A DNA stretch of 63,196 nucleotides, filler included, from Octopus bimaculoides (Eukaryota): assembly GCF_001194135.2 (NCBI RefSeq). It is 4 parts of 4 records of this genome, joined end to end, with 100 filler letters (N's around TTAATTAATTAA, not from the genome) between each part and the next. Parts side by side here need not be neighbours in the genome. Positions count along the whole stretch, not along the records: positions 1 to 25,453 come from NC_068982.1; 3 more parts are not named here. One strand, given 5' to 3'. A program made the translations under genes and the position numbers. The notes under the pieces are model-generated. The model was not told the DNA's origin and did not search any database. It saw nothing but the letters and a program-made list of their open reading frames with translations. Numbering within the stretch: position 1 is the first letter of the stretch; each line of letters begins with the position of its first letter. This document shows positions 13,075 through 25,553 of this stretch, in pieces.

Positions 13075-13615
13075 TTAGATACTGCATGTCATCAAAGTGA
13101 CACTGGGATAAAATATACGAAGCCCAATATACCCATCATGACTACCTGTCTGATAAGGGTACACCAGGCACATGCATCACAACCGTATGTGCACAACATG
13201 GTGATCTCATATCAAGATAAACAGCGCATGATCTCGCAAGTGGGGCCCAGTTAGAATTTTCTGCAGGTCGGGTAGCCCATCCCACTCAAAAGGTCCCTGA
13301 ATAAGGTTTGTTTAAGGATGTTGAGCAAAACACCCATGTTTCCAAAGGTGAATTATTCAAACCCCAAAGAATTCCTCTCAACACATGGCTATGATGCTCC
13401 CCCACTACTTCTGCTCATGATCAGAGATGCACATATCGTCAGCCACCAAGGGACATGCTCAACTGGTTAAGGTCAAACAACTGACAAGTAAATCTGCGGT
13501 ATTGAGCGGAATATTTGCTGTAGCCCATCTTTTTATACCAAGACAAAACAATGTACATGATAACATTTCCAATCAATTAAGATCAGAAGCCATGAGAGCC
13601 ACTGCCTGGTGTGGC
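13075..13615 (-). mobile_element. Unclassified ~540-bp non-coding retroposon-like repeat ending in an (AAT)n tail
   Basis: GC-richer than its flanks, no ORF, ends in (AAT)n on the minus strand. Recognised from memory as an abundant octopus repeat; single copy in this window. Confidence 0.5.
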
Positions 13616-13815
13616 TAGCTGGCAGAATCGTTAGTGTGCTGGGCAAAATGCTTAGCATTATTTTATCCATCTTTATGTTCTGAATTTAAATTCCACTGAG
13701 GTCAACTTTGCCTTTCTTTCTTTCAAAGTCAATAAGATAAGTACCAGTTGAACATTGGGGTCTGACGTGACTTATCCCCTCCCTTGAACTTGCTCACCTT
13801 GTACCAAAATATGAA
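13615..13815 (+). mobile_element. SINE family C, CpG-decayed copy
   Basis: GCTGGCAGAATCGTTAG...AAATGCTTAGC...CCACTGAGGTCAACTTTGCC versus CCGCCGAGGTCGACTTTGCC in the 34219 copy. Confidence 0.75.
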
Positions 13816-14499
13816 ACCATTGTTGTTGTTGTTGTTGCTGTCATTGTTGCTACTGAAATTATTTCATCAGACTTACTAATGACCTAAATAACTTAAGAAA
13901 TACAGGACCAACCCAAATTTTCTTTATCTAGATGTGTCTCAGTAATCAACCGTTTTTTTTTTTCCTTTATTTTCTCTTTTAAATAAATATTTGAAACTTG
14001 GTATGTTTGAGTTTTATTTGAATTCCATCTAAATATTTAGAAATAATGGATTAAATATTTTCTCATTTTCCAATCAATAAAGAATGTAGCAGAAAATAGC
14101 TGAAATCTGATAACTAGAAAATAAATATTTTGCAAATTTATTGAAAAAATGTTTTTCTTGTGTGATTTGTGTGGTGTCTAATAGTTTTCATTAATATTTG
14201 ATTAATTCAAAACCTGAGAATATTTCACTGTTTCAGTAGTGTGGCTTAAAAGTTGAATAAGGTCATAAAAATCTTTAATGATTTAAGTGCGAGAAAAATA
14301 ATGTATGTATAGTGGGATCTAAATAGTCTTGTCACAAGTGTGTTTTATTTTTTAATTCTTCTGTGACAAAAGAAATCCTCATTGCTGCTGCCTCCACCAC
14401 CACCACCACCACCACCACCACCATCAACATCATCATTGTTACCATTATCATCATTGCCATTGATCCCTCCACCATTACTTCCGCAATCACGATATTTGG

Positions 14500-14720
14500 T
14501 TTTTCCATGCTTATGTAGCTTCGATGAGTCTTCTTCAGCACAATTTTTTGCCACTTTTACAGTCTTTTGTCACCCTTATGAGGTTCAACCACTTGAGATT
14601 AATCTTCATCACTTCTTTCCAAAACTTCCTGGGTTTGCCTCTTCTGGAGATTTCTCCTACTTGAATTCTTAGTACTTCTATACCCAGGTATTATCTCCCA
14701 TACACATCAAGTATTCATTT
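14500..14720 (-). mobile_element. Decayed RTE LINE 3' fragment
   Basis: Minus frame reads GEISRRGKPRKFWKEVMKINLKWLNL, the RTE C-terminal motif. Confidence 0.65.
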
Positions 14721-15182
14721 TGTTCTTGGTGCAGGTAGGAGAATGGGCAGTGCCCATGGCCTTCATAGGCAACTTCATAGATTTGTGAGATTAATACCAT
14801 TAATATTCCTCTTGAACCTTTGCAAGTCAATGCCTGTGGTAAAGATATGGACAGGAATGAAATTCTAGATGGCTGCATTCTGGAAAGGCCTGAGGGCCTC
14901 ATTAGTCTGGGGACCCAATATGGGTGCTATCTATAAACAAATACTATAGGGCCCAGTGCATTGATTTGCCTAGGGGAGGACTATAATGCTGCTGAGAAGG
15001 CTCTAGTCATGAGCTCAGCCAGCTCTAAAGAGCAGAGACCATAATGTTAGAAATAGAAAAGTCAGAAAGAGGATACTGTGGAAACTTGTGGCACAGAAAA
15101 TGGATCTTGTCCATGCAATTCAGCCATCTCCCTTGTACACACCACATCTAATTCCTCTTACATCCACTTTTTCTCTTTTGTG

Positions 15183-15420
15183 GCAGCATGTGGCTTAGTG
15201 GTTAGGGTGTTGGACTCATGATCGTAAGATTGTGGTTTCAGTTCCTGAACTGGGTGTTGTGTTGTGTTCATGTACAGAACATATCATTTCACATTGCTCC
15301 AGTCCACTCAGCTGGCAAAAATGCATAATCCTGTGATGGACTGGCGTCCTGTCCAGATGGGGAATATATATGCCATGAAACCAGGAAACCAGCCCTTATG
15401 AGTCTGTATGACTCAAGAAG
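15183..15420 (+). mobile_element. tRNA-headed SINE (head B + core + tail W)
   Basis: GCATGTGGCTTAGTGGTTAGGGTGTTGGACTCATGATCGTAAGATTGTGGTTTCAGTTCC head; core TTGCTCCAGTCCACTCAGCTG; tail GATGGACTGGCGTCCTGTCCAG...GAAACCAGGAAACCAGCCCTTATGAGTC. Confidence 0.75.
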
Positions 15421-15899
15421 GTGGCTTTACCTTTTTTTACCACTTTTTCTATCAGGTCATTTGTTCTCTGTCATTGATGCACATTAACATTACATATTTC
15501 ATGGAGTATGCTCACCCCATTTCTTTTCAACCTTCTTATATTCTCCAAGATTAACATCTACATTTTTCTCCAACACAATATTGCACTTTGTAACAAACAT
15601 TATATGATCTACTTTCCACTGAGAGATAGAATCCTGTTGTTACCATCAGAAAAAAACAGTTCCCTGACCTTTTTACACATAGTTTCCTACTCAGGTTAAT
15701 ATGTTTCAGGAAATCACCCACCTTCACTGTTGATGATGTAAACATGTGACTCTGCAACAGCAAGAAACCTGGTCTGTTCTGGTCTTACTTTCACACTTTG
15801 ACCTCTCCTATTGTAACACAAAGTAACCTTTTTCCCTCTGCTGTAGCCCTACTCAATCATAAGAGATCTTAGTCTTGCAGGCTGTATGACAACCTTATA

Positions 15900-16080
15900 A
15901 AAAAAATGCACTGAGTGCATGCTGTAAGGTGGATGGTGTCAGGAAGGGCATCCAGCCATAGAAGTTTACCAAAGCAAACATTTGAGTACAATGCAGTTTT
16001 TGGATCCACGAGATTCTGTCAAACTGTCCAACTCATACCAGTACAAAACATGGACATTAAATAACAATGATGATGATGGT
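15900..16080 (+). mobile_element. RTE-associated 3'-tail repeat followed by (GGT/GGC)n
   Basis: AGGAAGGGCATCCAGCCATAGAA...GTCAAACTGTCCAACTCATACCAG...GGACATTAAATAACAATGATGATG. Confidence 0.6.
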
Positions 16081-16824
16081 GGCAGCGGTGGTGGTGGTGG
16101 CGGTGGCGGTGGTGGAGGTGGTGGTTGTGGTGGTGGTGGCGGCAGCGGCGGCGGCGGTGATGTGATGGTGATGGTGACAGCAGCAATTACAACAACAACA
16201 ATGGCAATGACGATGATAGTGGGTTTCTTTAAGTTTTTGCCTACCAAATCCACTCACAAGACTTTGAGTGAAGGTGCCAGAGGTAGCAAAGGCATCCTCT
16301 CTCTGAGTGGAAAGTAGATTGCATGATGCTTGTGTACAAAATGCAATGTTGCATGGTAGCAAAACATAGGACTGAACCTAAAACCATATGGTTACAATGC
16401 AAACTTCTTAATCATAAGCCATGCTTACACTTAGATACTAAAGAGAAATTGTCAGAAAGTCATGAATACATAGAGAGAAGGTGTAGTTGATTTCACTGTT
16501 AATGAGGTCATCTAAGTAATCAGTAAATTATTGCAATGCATTTAACAAAGAGGTTTTCTTTCAACTCAAATATAAAACCATTGAAAAACTCACAAATTCT
16601 CACACATGCCATCTTGAAGTAAATATGAATGTATATAGGCTTTTGTTGTGTCAGTAACGAAAATATGTGACTGTATTCATTTTATAATATGCGTGTGTGA
16701 TACCTTTTGGTGAAAATATTTATTTAGGAAGTGAGAATTTGTTTTATAGACTTTCTAAGGGGATCACGTTTTTCAATTGCAAGTTGAGAAATGACAAAAA
16801 TACAAAAAAAAACTTACTCTTCTC

Positions 16825-17165
16825 AATTCATCATCATCATCATCATTGTCGTTGTCATTGTCATCATCATCATCATCATCATCATCATCACTGCTGCTGT
16901 CTTCAGCATACCACCATCACCACCACCACTATAATTTCTGCAATCATCATTATCACTGACGTTGATTAGAGTGACATCATATCACCAGTGTCTTTTCAGC
17001 CTCTCCCTCAACAATCATTATCACTATCACCATCATGATCAACACTCCTACCATCATTGTCATCACCATTGTCAGCTCTACCATTTTCAACGTTATCATC
17101 ATCAGCACCATCATCACCACAATTTCTCCCATTGCTTTGATCCCCACCATCGTCATCATCAGCAC
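16825..17165. repeat. Degenerate (CAT/CAC)n tract
   Basis: Directly visible; explains the His-rich ORFs at 16697-17294. Confidence 0.85.
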
Positions 17166-17299
17166 CACAAGCCCTGAGTTTGCACCACCTCCAACAATTT
17201 CTGGATGGTAAGTGTGTGTGGATTCTAGAGTGGCAGTCCTAGGTGAAGGAAAGACTGAAATTGGATGCCTGGCACTTAGAGTGTCATTAAGCACTCACA

Positions 17300-17960
17300 G
17301 TTCTCTACAAATAAGGCAATAGGATCAGTGGATGTTCCACTTGAGCAATATACAGAGGATTAGTGGTGAGGTAGTGTGACAACATTCTCAGAAAGACTAA
17401 GCATTAACAAAAACAAACTGGCTAGCCTGTTCCTGAGGACTTTCCAGTTGGGTACTACTATGAATTTCCAGATGTTCTTAGCATGGTAGCACTACAGAGG
17501 GGTGCTACCAGTTCAAGATACACTCTAGAGGCATGGATGTGCTGCCAGATTGGCTTGTAAGAGGTTTGCACAGAGCATTGAAACTGTTCTACACATACTC
17601 ATTCAGTGTCTGAGCATTGCTGGCTTGTGGAGTTACATTGAAAAGCTATTGTCACATGTAGGGTAAATTCATCAATCAGTTGAGCCCATAGTGATGATTG
17701 CTCAGCTGCCCTCCTTTAATCTGGCAGGTAAGGCAGTTTTCTTTTACTTGGTGGCTGTGGTGAAAAAGGTTGTCTGGTGAATGAGATTGAAAGGCATGAG
17801 GACAGAGACGTTCCTCTTTTGTAGAGCTCTCATTGACTTTTTCAAGTTTCACTTGAAAAGGAAAGTGAGGGTGATGAGGGAGGTACTGTCCTCGAGTGAA
17901 TTTATTGAAAGGTGGGTGAAAGTTGTAAATATGGTAAGAGTGTATAGTATCACTCTAAGT
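17300..17960 (+). mobile_element. L1/Tx1-clade LINE, 3' end of ORF2
   Basis: FLLVAVVKKVVW-like segment then RLKG...LIDFFKFHLKRKVRVMREVLSSSEFIERWVKV (ORF 17781-18029), typical of the Tx1 ORF2 C-terminus after the zinc knuckle. Confidence 0.6.
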
Positions 17961-18019
17961 GTAGACCTGGGTCCTTGCTCTTGGTGTTCAGGGAAGTCTT
18001 GCATGGTGGGGTTCCATGG

Positions 18020-18160
18020 TTGCTGTTAGGAAGGGCATCCAGCTGTAGAAACCATGACTAAACAAACAAGGAGCACTACATCCTTTGGCTGGTCAGAATC
18101 CATCAAATTGACTGACTGAAGTTAGCATGGAAGATGGAAGTTAACTGATGATGATGATGG
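18020..18160 (+). mobile_element. RTE-associated 3'-tail repeat
   Basis: GTTAGGAAGGGCATCCAGCTGTAGAAACC...AGCATGGAAGATGGAAGTTAACTGATGATGATG. Confidence 0.55.
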
Positions 18161-19664
18161 TGGTGTGGAGTGTTTATGATGATGGTGGTGATGATGATGA
18201 TAACAACAGTGGTGGTAGTGACAGTGATGATGATGATGACGAAGAAGAGGAAGAAAACAAAAGCAATACAGAAGCAAGACATTAAAATCAGTACAAAATC
18301 TAAACCAATTGAGAAGCATATTAATATATTCATCAAGTTAATGATAATGAAAACTGTAGATGTAACAAAGTTTCTCCAAAAATATTAAACAATATGAGCA
18401 ACGGAACTAATGTTGAAAAAAATATTAACTAAGATCTTTTTTTATTTACTTTGAATTTGTAAATGTTTTTATGGTACTTTTGAGATGTATCTTCTTTTAC
18501 AGTTTCATTTTCTATTGAGAAAATCGCTGAAGAATTTAATGTCTTATGTAATGGATGACTGGAAATATGTCATTATAAGCTTTAGTTTACTAAAGCTTCT
18601 CTATTCCACAGGTACAGTTATAAGTATTGTAAGAATTTATTGTTAATACAACCCACAGATTTATCATGGTATCCTGAAACTCAGTATCATAAATGATGAA
18701 TCTAACAGATTCTATTAGACATTTTACATCTCCAGGAAATAAATATTTTACAAGATATAGTTCAGTCAAAAGATCACATCTGTTAACATTACTATTTTCT
18801 GAATATTTCCTAGGTATCTTAACTTATCCTCCAAACGTTAACATACTAATCTCTTTTTATCTAGCATATATTTGATATCTTAACAATTACAACATGGAAG
18901 ATGCACACTAGCTATTCAAAACACACAAAAACTGGCCTTTGATACAGTTCCACTGCAGTGGAATCATATCAATGACCAGGTTACAGTTGGTGCTACAAAG
19001 ATTTTACTGCAAATAATAAATGCTCTTGTGAAGTTAACAGTCTTTGTGTGTTTTTGAAACATTAATAGGTTTCTTCCATGTTGTAATTGTTTTAGTTTCA
19101 ATACATAACAAGTATACCTCTGAAATTTTATATTTAAATTTTTGTTAATGAATCTTTGTAACTGTTCAAATCTGTCTAATAAAGAATTAATAGTTGTGTT
19201 GAGCTATTGCATTGGACAAATGATTTTTTAATCTTATTTCTAGATCATCTTTGTTTGTGGCCTCATCAATGCAGTCACATTCAAACTGCCTGTCTTCTTT
19301 TTTATATTTATTCTTTTACTTTTAAGAATGGTCTCCACATTTTATTCTGTAGTTAAGTCTTTTGTTGATACAAGAGTACTCTCATATCCATTTGCATGAT
19401 ACTGTATTTGATGGCATAAAAAACACACGGACATTTTAGATGCAAATAATTTCAGAAGTGCATATTCAGGAAAAAGAAAAACATTTTAATGTATTAAAAC
19501 ATGTAATACTTAAAATGGTTTTGCAGTGCATTGCAAAACATTAGAAAAGCACCTTAGCTGTAGCAGAAAACATTACTCAATATAAAACGTAATTTAGCAA
19601 CACAGGGGAACATAAAGCAAGAAATCATGGGAATGAAAATATTCTACATAAAAAGAGTAAAGGC

Positions 19665-19995
19665 CTCCTTCGGTCATAAATAACCATGGGATTACACCAA
19701 GAAAGTTACTCTCCAAGGCACAAGTTCAGGTAAGATTGTTTATGGAAGATCAGCAGCCGACCATGCATACCAGCTTCTCCTCTCCAATCCGCTGATATTA
19801 TCCAGGGTAAAGGCAAAGGCCAATACAGCTTGGCACCAGTAACATCCCAACTCATTTCTACAGATGAGTGAACTGGAGCAACGTGATGTATAATGTCTTG
19901 CTCAAGAACTCAACACACAGTCCGATCCAGGAATTGAACTCATAACCTCATGATTGCAAGCCCAAAACTCTAACAATTGAGCCATGCACCTTCAC
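19665..19995 (-). mobile_element. SINE family B (head B + core + tail Y), decayed, inserted in the hAT fossil
   Basis: Collinear with the 27530-27870 copy (GGTCATAAATAACCATGGGATTACACC...GAACTGGAGCAACGTG...TTGCTCAAGAAC...GAGCCATGCACCTTCAC). Confidence 0.75.
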
Positions 19996-20384
19996 CTATC
20001 CTACATAATTACAGTAATAAACATGCAAGAAAAAACAAGCTTATGGGAGGACCAACTTTGCATATAGGGCCCAGGATGATTTTGTTTTAGACATTTTTTT
20101 AGAAAAAAAAGTGTTATATACCATCAGACACAATAATTAATTAATTAATTAATTAGACAGTTCCATTTACTTTGTATAAGGCATCATACCAAACATTCAT
20201 CATTACTAGAAAACTAATCTTTTATTTGAAATACAAGAGTCTCTGATTAATGTCACATTGTGGTATCAGAAGCAGGAATTCCTGAAAGTTTATAACGAAC
20301 TTCTAATACTCCTATAATTTCATTGATTTCTGATATTTGCTTAGTGTTATTATAACTGCAATCAATTTGTAATTCATATATGCA

Positions 20385-20575
20385 CTTGAAATACACCTGG
20401 TGCTGATGTCACATAAAAAGCTCCTAGTACACTCTGTAAAGTGAAAGGGCATCCAGCTGTAGAAACCATACCAAAAGAGACAGCGGAACCTGGTGCGGTT
20501 CCCAGCTTTGCCAGCTCCTGTCAAACTGTCCAGTCCATGCCAGCATGGAAAATGGATGGTAAATGATGATGATGG
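20385..20575 (+). mobile_element. RTE-associated 3'-tail repeat inside the hAT fossil
   Basis: AAGGGCATCCAGCTGTAGAAACC...GTCAAACTGTCCAGTCCATGCCAGCATGGAAAATGGATGGTAAATGATGATGATG. Confidence 0.65.
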
Positions 20576-21121
20576 TGTTGGTGATTGTGGTGGTGGCATA
20601 AACGATGCACTTTTCTTTCTCAAACACGTCTCAAAAAATTGGCCTGGGTCCTATATGTGAAGTCGGGCCTATATTACATGCTTTAGTGCACTAAAAACCT
20701 TTTTCCTGAATATGTGCCAATGAAATTTGGGTGTGTCTAATATACCTGTGAAAATCTTTTATGCCATCAAGTGCAGTAAATGACCTTGACTCATTCTAAT
20801 TTGCTCTCCCATCATGTAGTCTCACAAACATTTTAAAATGAGTCATTTAACATGTTTTATTAAGTACATTCCACTGCCTAGGAGAAGCAAAACATGAATC
20901 CTAAGTGTAGGACCGTACCAAAAAGACAAAGTGAATTTTTAGTAACTTACTGCACCAACCATTAAAGTTCATTAAAGTATGACACTCACATGGCTGCTTG
21001 TAAAACACCTGTGGATTTTCTTTCATGAATTACACTGGAATTCCTTTATTCTTTCCTTTCATATCTAAATCATTATCATATTCTTGACCTCTGCAGTTAT
21101 GTAAGTCAAACCTGCCCTCCA

Positions 21122-21207
<86 letters not shown>

Positions 21208-22422
21208 ACACACACAGAAAATCAAGTATACTTTTACATAATCCTTTGCCTGTAGTATCCATAATTGGTTTACAGCCAATAAAATGTCCCTTTATTGAAA
21301 TGGCTTCTACATCTAAAATTATATTGTTAGTGAAAGCTTCTCTACATGAGTTATATCTGGTGTACTGTCTAAAGATAAGGCTGAAGTATTCGGCTTCTTT
21401 AGATCAGTTCAATATATTTTCCTGAACAGTATTTTCAAACAAATTGATTATTTCATTCTCAATGATTTTTTTTTTCTACAATGGTGATTGTGAGTTTCTT
21501 TAGACATAACCCAAAGTAAATATTTGTCCATTGTCAGATTATATTTTCCATGTAACTCAACAAGACCTAAAATATTTCCATTGTTTGGTATAAATAATGT
21601 GTCTGAAATTCCTCTGAAAAATCAAACTATTTTTCACCTAAATATAGAGTGATGCTTATTAAATGTTCATAAACTATATACCAACGCTCTCATTCTTTTT
21701 CCACACATGACTGCATCTTGTTATCAATAATTTCATTAGTCTGTAATGGATGAGATGTCTCAAACTACTTCTTAAGACATTTCAGATTATGTACTCATTT
21801 CCATATGATGGAAAATATTCACAAGCATGCTTCCAGTTATTAATTCCAGATTTTACTAAAAATGAATCATTTCAGGAGCCAAAAATTTTGCAATAAAAGC
21901 AATAAATTTTACTGGAACTTTCTGAATAAATAAGCCACTTTTTCACAGAATTTTCACCGATTTTGTTTATTTCCTTATTCATCATAGTCATGGAACAACT
22001 ATATTTATTTGTTTCTTTAGGAAAGCTGCACATTTCATTAATGGCATGTGGCCTTCTCTTTATGATTTGGTCAATTTCTGTCACTGATAATTCATCTGGC
22101 CAGTAATTGACATTTAAAAAAAAAATATTTTATCTTTTATGCGTCTCAGTCATAGAATTGCAAACATACTGGAACACCATCTCATAGGACCTAATCTAAC
22201 AAATTGACCCCAGTATTATTTTTAAGCCTGGTAGATGTTCTATCATTCTTCTTTGCCAAATTGCTCAGCAAATAAACCAACAATGGTTGTTAAGTGATAG
22301 TGACGATGGTGGCAGTGGTGGCAGTAGTGGTGGCAGCGGCGGCAGTGGTGCTAAGACAAACACAATAACACACACACATGTGCACGTGCACGTGTGTATG
22401 TGTGTGTGTGCACGTGCGCGTG

Positions 22423-22455
<33 letters not shown>

Positions 22456-22970
22456 AATGGGCTTTCATACAGTTTCTCTCCACCAAAGTTACTCACAAAC
22501 AATTAGTCAGCCAGGAGTTATAGTAGAAGACACTTGCTCAGGGTACTGCACAATGAGACTGAACCTACATCCAGATGATTGCAAAATGACCTTTTTAAGC
22601 ACACATCCATGCCTGTGACAAAAGTCTTCAAATTTACTTTTAAGATCCTCAAGATTCTTTACTATGACATTTCTGCCAAAGTCTTCAATGACTTTGCAAA
22701 TACAATCATCCTGTTTTAATTTATGTATATAATTGTCTTGATTTTTTTCCTCCATTACAATTTACAGCATATCGTTGGTTTAAATTCATAATCATTAGAT
22801 GACAAATCTAATGCGTTAGATGTAACTGTAAAAGCTGAACCTGCATTGTTCCCATTGTTAGATACAGTAGCGAAAAAACATGATAGTTTTTAGTGTATCT
22901 TACTGCATGCCTTTTCGTTTTCTAATAACTTTTTGGCAGCATCTATGATCTAGAAAAAGAGTAGAATATA

Positions 22971-23013
<43 letters not shown>

Positions 23014-23349
23014 NNNNNNNNNNNNNNNNNNNNNNNNNNNNNNNNNNNNNNNNNNNNNNNNNNNNNNNNNNNNNNNNNNNNNNNNNNNNNNNNNNNNNNN
23101 NNNNNNNNNNNNNNNNNNNNNNNNNNNNNNNNNNNNNNNNNNNNNNNNNNNNNNNNNNNNNNNNNNNNNNNNNNNNNNNNNNNNNNNNNNNNNNNNNNNN
23201 NNNCAGTGAACTAACCTGCTTTTACTTGTCAAATTTAAGAACTATATATTAGTTCGTAGTTGTTTTTTGTAAACAAACTTTCATGTGCTTTCACTGCAAA
23301 AGGTTTTGTTAAGCAGTGTTGAATTTTACAATTCTGCAGGTAATAATAA

Positions 23350-23405
<56 letters not shown>

Positions 23406-23408
<3 letters not shown>

Positions 23409-23520
23409 CACTTTCAATACAGTAACCATAAGAGCATCACAGCAAACCACAACACATACCCAAGGCACACAGAGTTGCGCTCGGTAGTGAAGTGAAAGCA
23501 TGTTATAAAAATTAAAACTA

Positions 23521-23523
<3 letters not shown>
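23406..23523 (+). mobile_element. 3' tip of an R4/Dong-type (RLE) LINE embedded in (TAA)n
   Basis: Begins KTLSIQ* (compare RKVLSV* at 39649), then ~100 bp UTR; (TAA)n on both sides (23341-23405 and 23524-23550). Confidence 0.5.
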
Positions 23524-23551
<28 letters not shown>

Positions 23552-24424
23552 TATATTAATTCAACAGATGAGATCCAGAGATGCTCAACAGAGAAAACAT
23601 TTAGTAGCACTCAGATGATTTGAACTTACACTCTGAAAATTTTACTGGGGACTAAGTCTGCAGGGTAAAGAGTGTCTATAAGAGGAATCCAGGTGAGCAG
23701 ATATGGAGATGATGATGCAAATAAACAAATAAAACTGCTTAGGCTTCATATGTGTATATACAGTATACATACATGACAGAGAAAACAAAGACTGAAAACA
23801 TTCAGACGATGAATCTTCATATATAAATATATTTATATATTAACTGAGTAAGCATTTTGCCCAATGTGCTAATGATTCTGCCAACTTACTATCTTAGGTT
23901 ACACCTGAAATATTGAACTATAAACTGTTAAAGTAACTTTTAAAGTAAAAGCTTAATATTGTTATATTTCAGGATGATCGTTTTTTTTACTTGTCAAATA
24001 AACACACGCTCTATATATTTGTTCTTCCCTTGTTTATTGTTGTTCTTATTTTATGCATTTGGCTGGAAATCTTTTGTCACACACCTGTAACCTCTTCAGC
24101 AACTCTCCATCCCACATGTTTCCTCCTGTTCCGTTTAGTCTACACTGTTTTCCTATTGAAAGCTTTCCAGACAATGGACATAAATTAAGAACAATAATAA
24201 ATCTGCAATGCATATGTTTATTTGGAAAGCGAAAAAAAAAAAAAGACTATCCCCATATATAACAATATCTGTTTCAACACACGATTTCACATCAGGAATC
24301 TTGCAAAACAAATACATAAACATGAAAGTTTAATCTTTGCTCTCAGTTGTTTTTAAACATTCTGCAATTGGATTACTATGATTTTATGAATCATTGGTTA
24401 TACATACAAAGATACATACATACA

Positions 24425-24458
<34 letters not shown>

Positions 24459-24609
24459 CATACATATGTACATACATATGTACATACACACATATACATA
24501 CATGTATGCATACATATGTACATGCATACATATGTACATACATATCTGTATGCATACATATGTACATACATACATGTCATCATGGTATTATCCACCAAAG
24601 AAACATGAT

Positions 24610-25155
24610 GTCATAGCTAGAACACTGTAAGAAGAGAAACTGTGTACAGTTGTGGAAATCAGCTGCCTAGCAGATGTTAACATGAAGTTGAAGATCAGTG
24701 AGAAAGAGAATACCTATACTGAACTATTGAGAAATCTGCAGTTACTCTCTCTAGATAACAAGTTCAGGCTTATACCTGTAATTATTGGGGCACTGGGATA
24801 TGTAACACTGCCTAAATACCAATCTTGAGAAACTAAACCAGAAAGGAGAAAGCTAATTTGAAGACTACAGATCCAGTCCAACACTGGAACTGTAAAAATC
24901 TGTAAAACTTTCCAGAAGTTTATCATTTAAGTATATATGAGTATGTCTAGATATGCAAGTAAAATATGTATGAGAAGACATACATAAAACAAAACATACA
25001 AATCTACACATATACATACATACATACATACATACATACATACATACAAAAATACCCTGTTGTTGATGTTGAAATTTCAATGAAGGAGCCTTGGATCTAG
25101 GTTAGAAACCAACTCTTTCTCTATTGGGAAGAAATCTTGAAATAAAACTGAATAA
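24610..25155 (+). mobile_element. Restriction-like-endonuclease non-LTR retrotransposon (R4/Dong/NeSL-like), 3' end
   Basis: EEKLCTVVEISCLADVNMKLKISEKENTYTELLRNLQLL...FRLIPVIIGALGYVT matches the RLE VVEISCPxDxN...EKxxxYxxL and PVIIGALG motifs; the 3' UTR contains (CATA)n. Confidence 0.75.
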
Positions 25156-25401
25156 TGACATACATACATATGTACATATATACATTCATACATACATAGT
25201 ATCTATCTAACATTATCAGGACCAGGTTACAGTTTCAAGCAACAAACGTTTTGACACCATATTACCAACAATAAATGTTTGAGTGAAGTTAGCAGTTTTT
25301 CTGTGTTTCTGAATGGCTAATTTGTGTCCTTTACACTGCAATCATTTTAGTTTCAACACAGCTCAGATCGAAACACTTGTCACACAAGTACATCTCTGTA
25401 A

Positions 25402-25453
<52 letters not shown>

Positions 25454-25553
25454 NNNNNNNNNNNNNNNNNNNNNNNNNNNNNNNNNNNNNNNNNNNNTTA
25501 ATTAATTAANNNNNNNNNNNNNNNNNNNNNNNNNNNNNNNNNNNNNNNNNNNN
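25454..25553. other. Synthetic scaffold spacer (44 N + TTAATTAATTAA + 44 N)
   Basis: Exactly 100 bp; identical structure at 53241 and 61275; the 12-mer has stop codons in all six frames. Confidence 0.95.

Larger units (their letters stand above)
18700..22130 (-). pseudogene. Fossil hAT transposase of ZMYM1/DUF4371 (TTF zinc finger) type, interrupted by later insertions
   Basis: Collinear minus-strand motifs: GENSVKKWLIYSESSSKIYCFYCKIF...GINNWK (ORF 21872-22084); HFIGCKPIMDTTGKGL near 21290-21240; DLHNCRGQEYDNDLDMKGKNKG (ORF 21030-21215); KIFVAPTVT, like the hATC PxTxAxxERSFS region, near 19000. Confidence 0.75.

Noticed and set aside
13230-13392. HDV-like ribozyme fold in the minus-strand 540-bp element
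   Set aside because: P1-like (GCCAUGU/ACAUGG) and P2-like pairings exist, but P1.1, the G1 pair and the P2-P3 junction do not fit the HDV nested double pseudoknot.
15500-15650. Minus-strand exon candidate DSISQWKVDHIMFVTKCNIVLEKNVDVNLGEYKKVEKKW with a GTGAGC donor
   Set aside because: Could equally be a decayed LINE endonuclease segment; no supporting neighbours.
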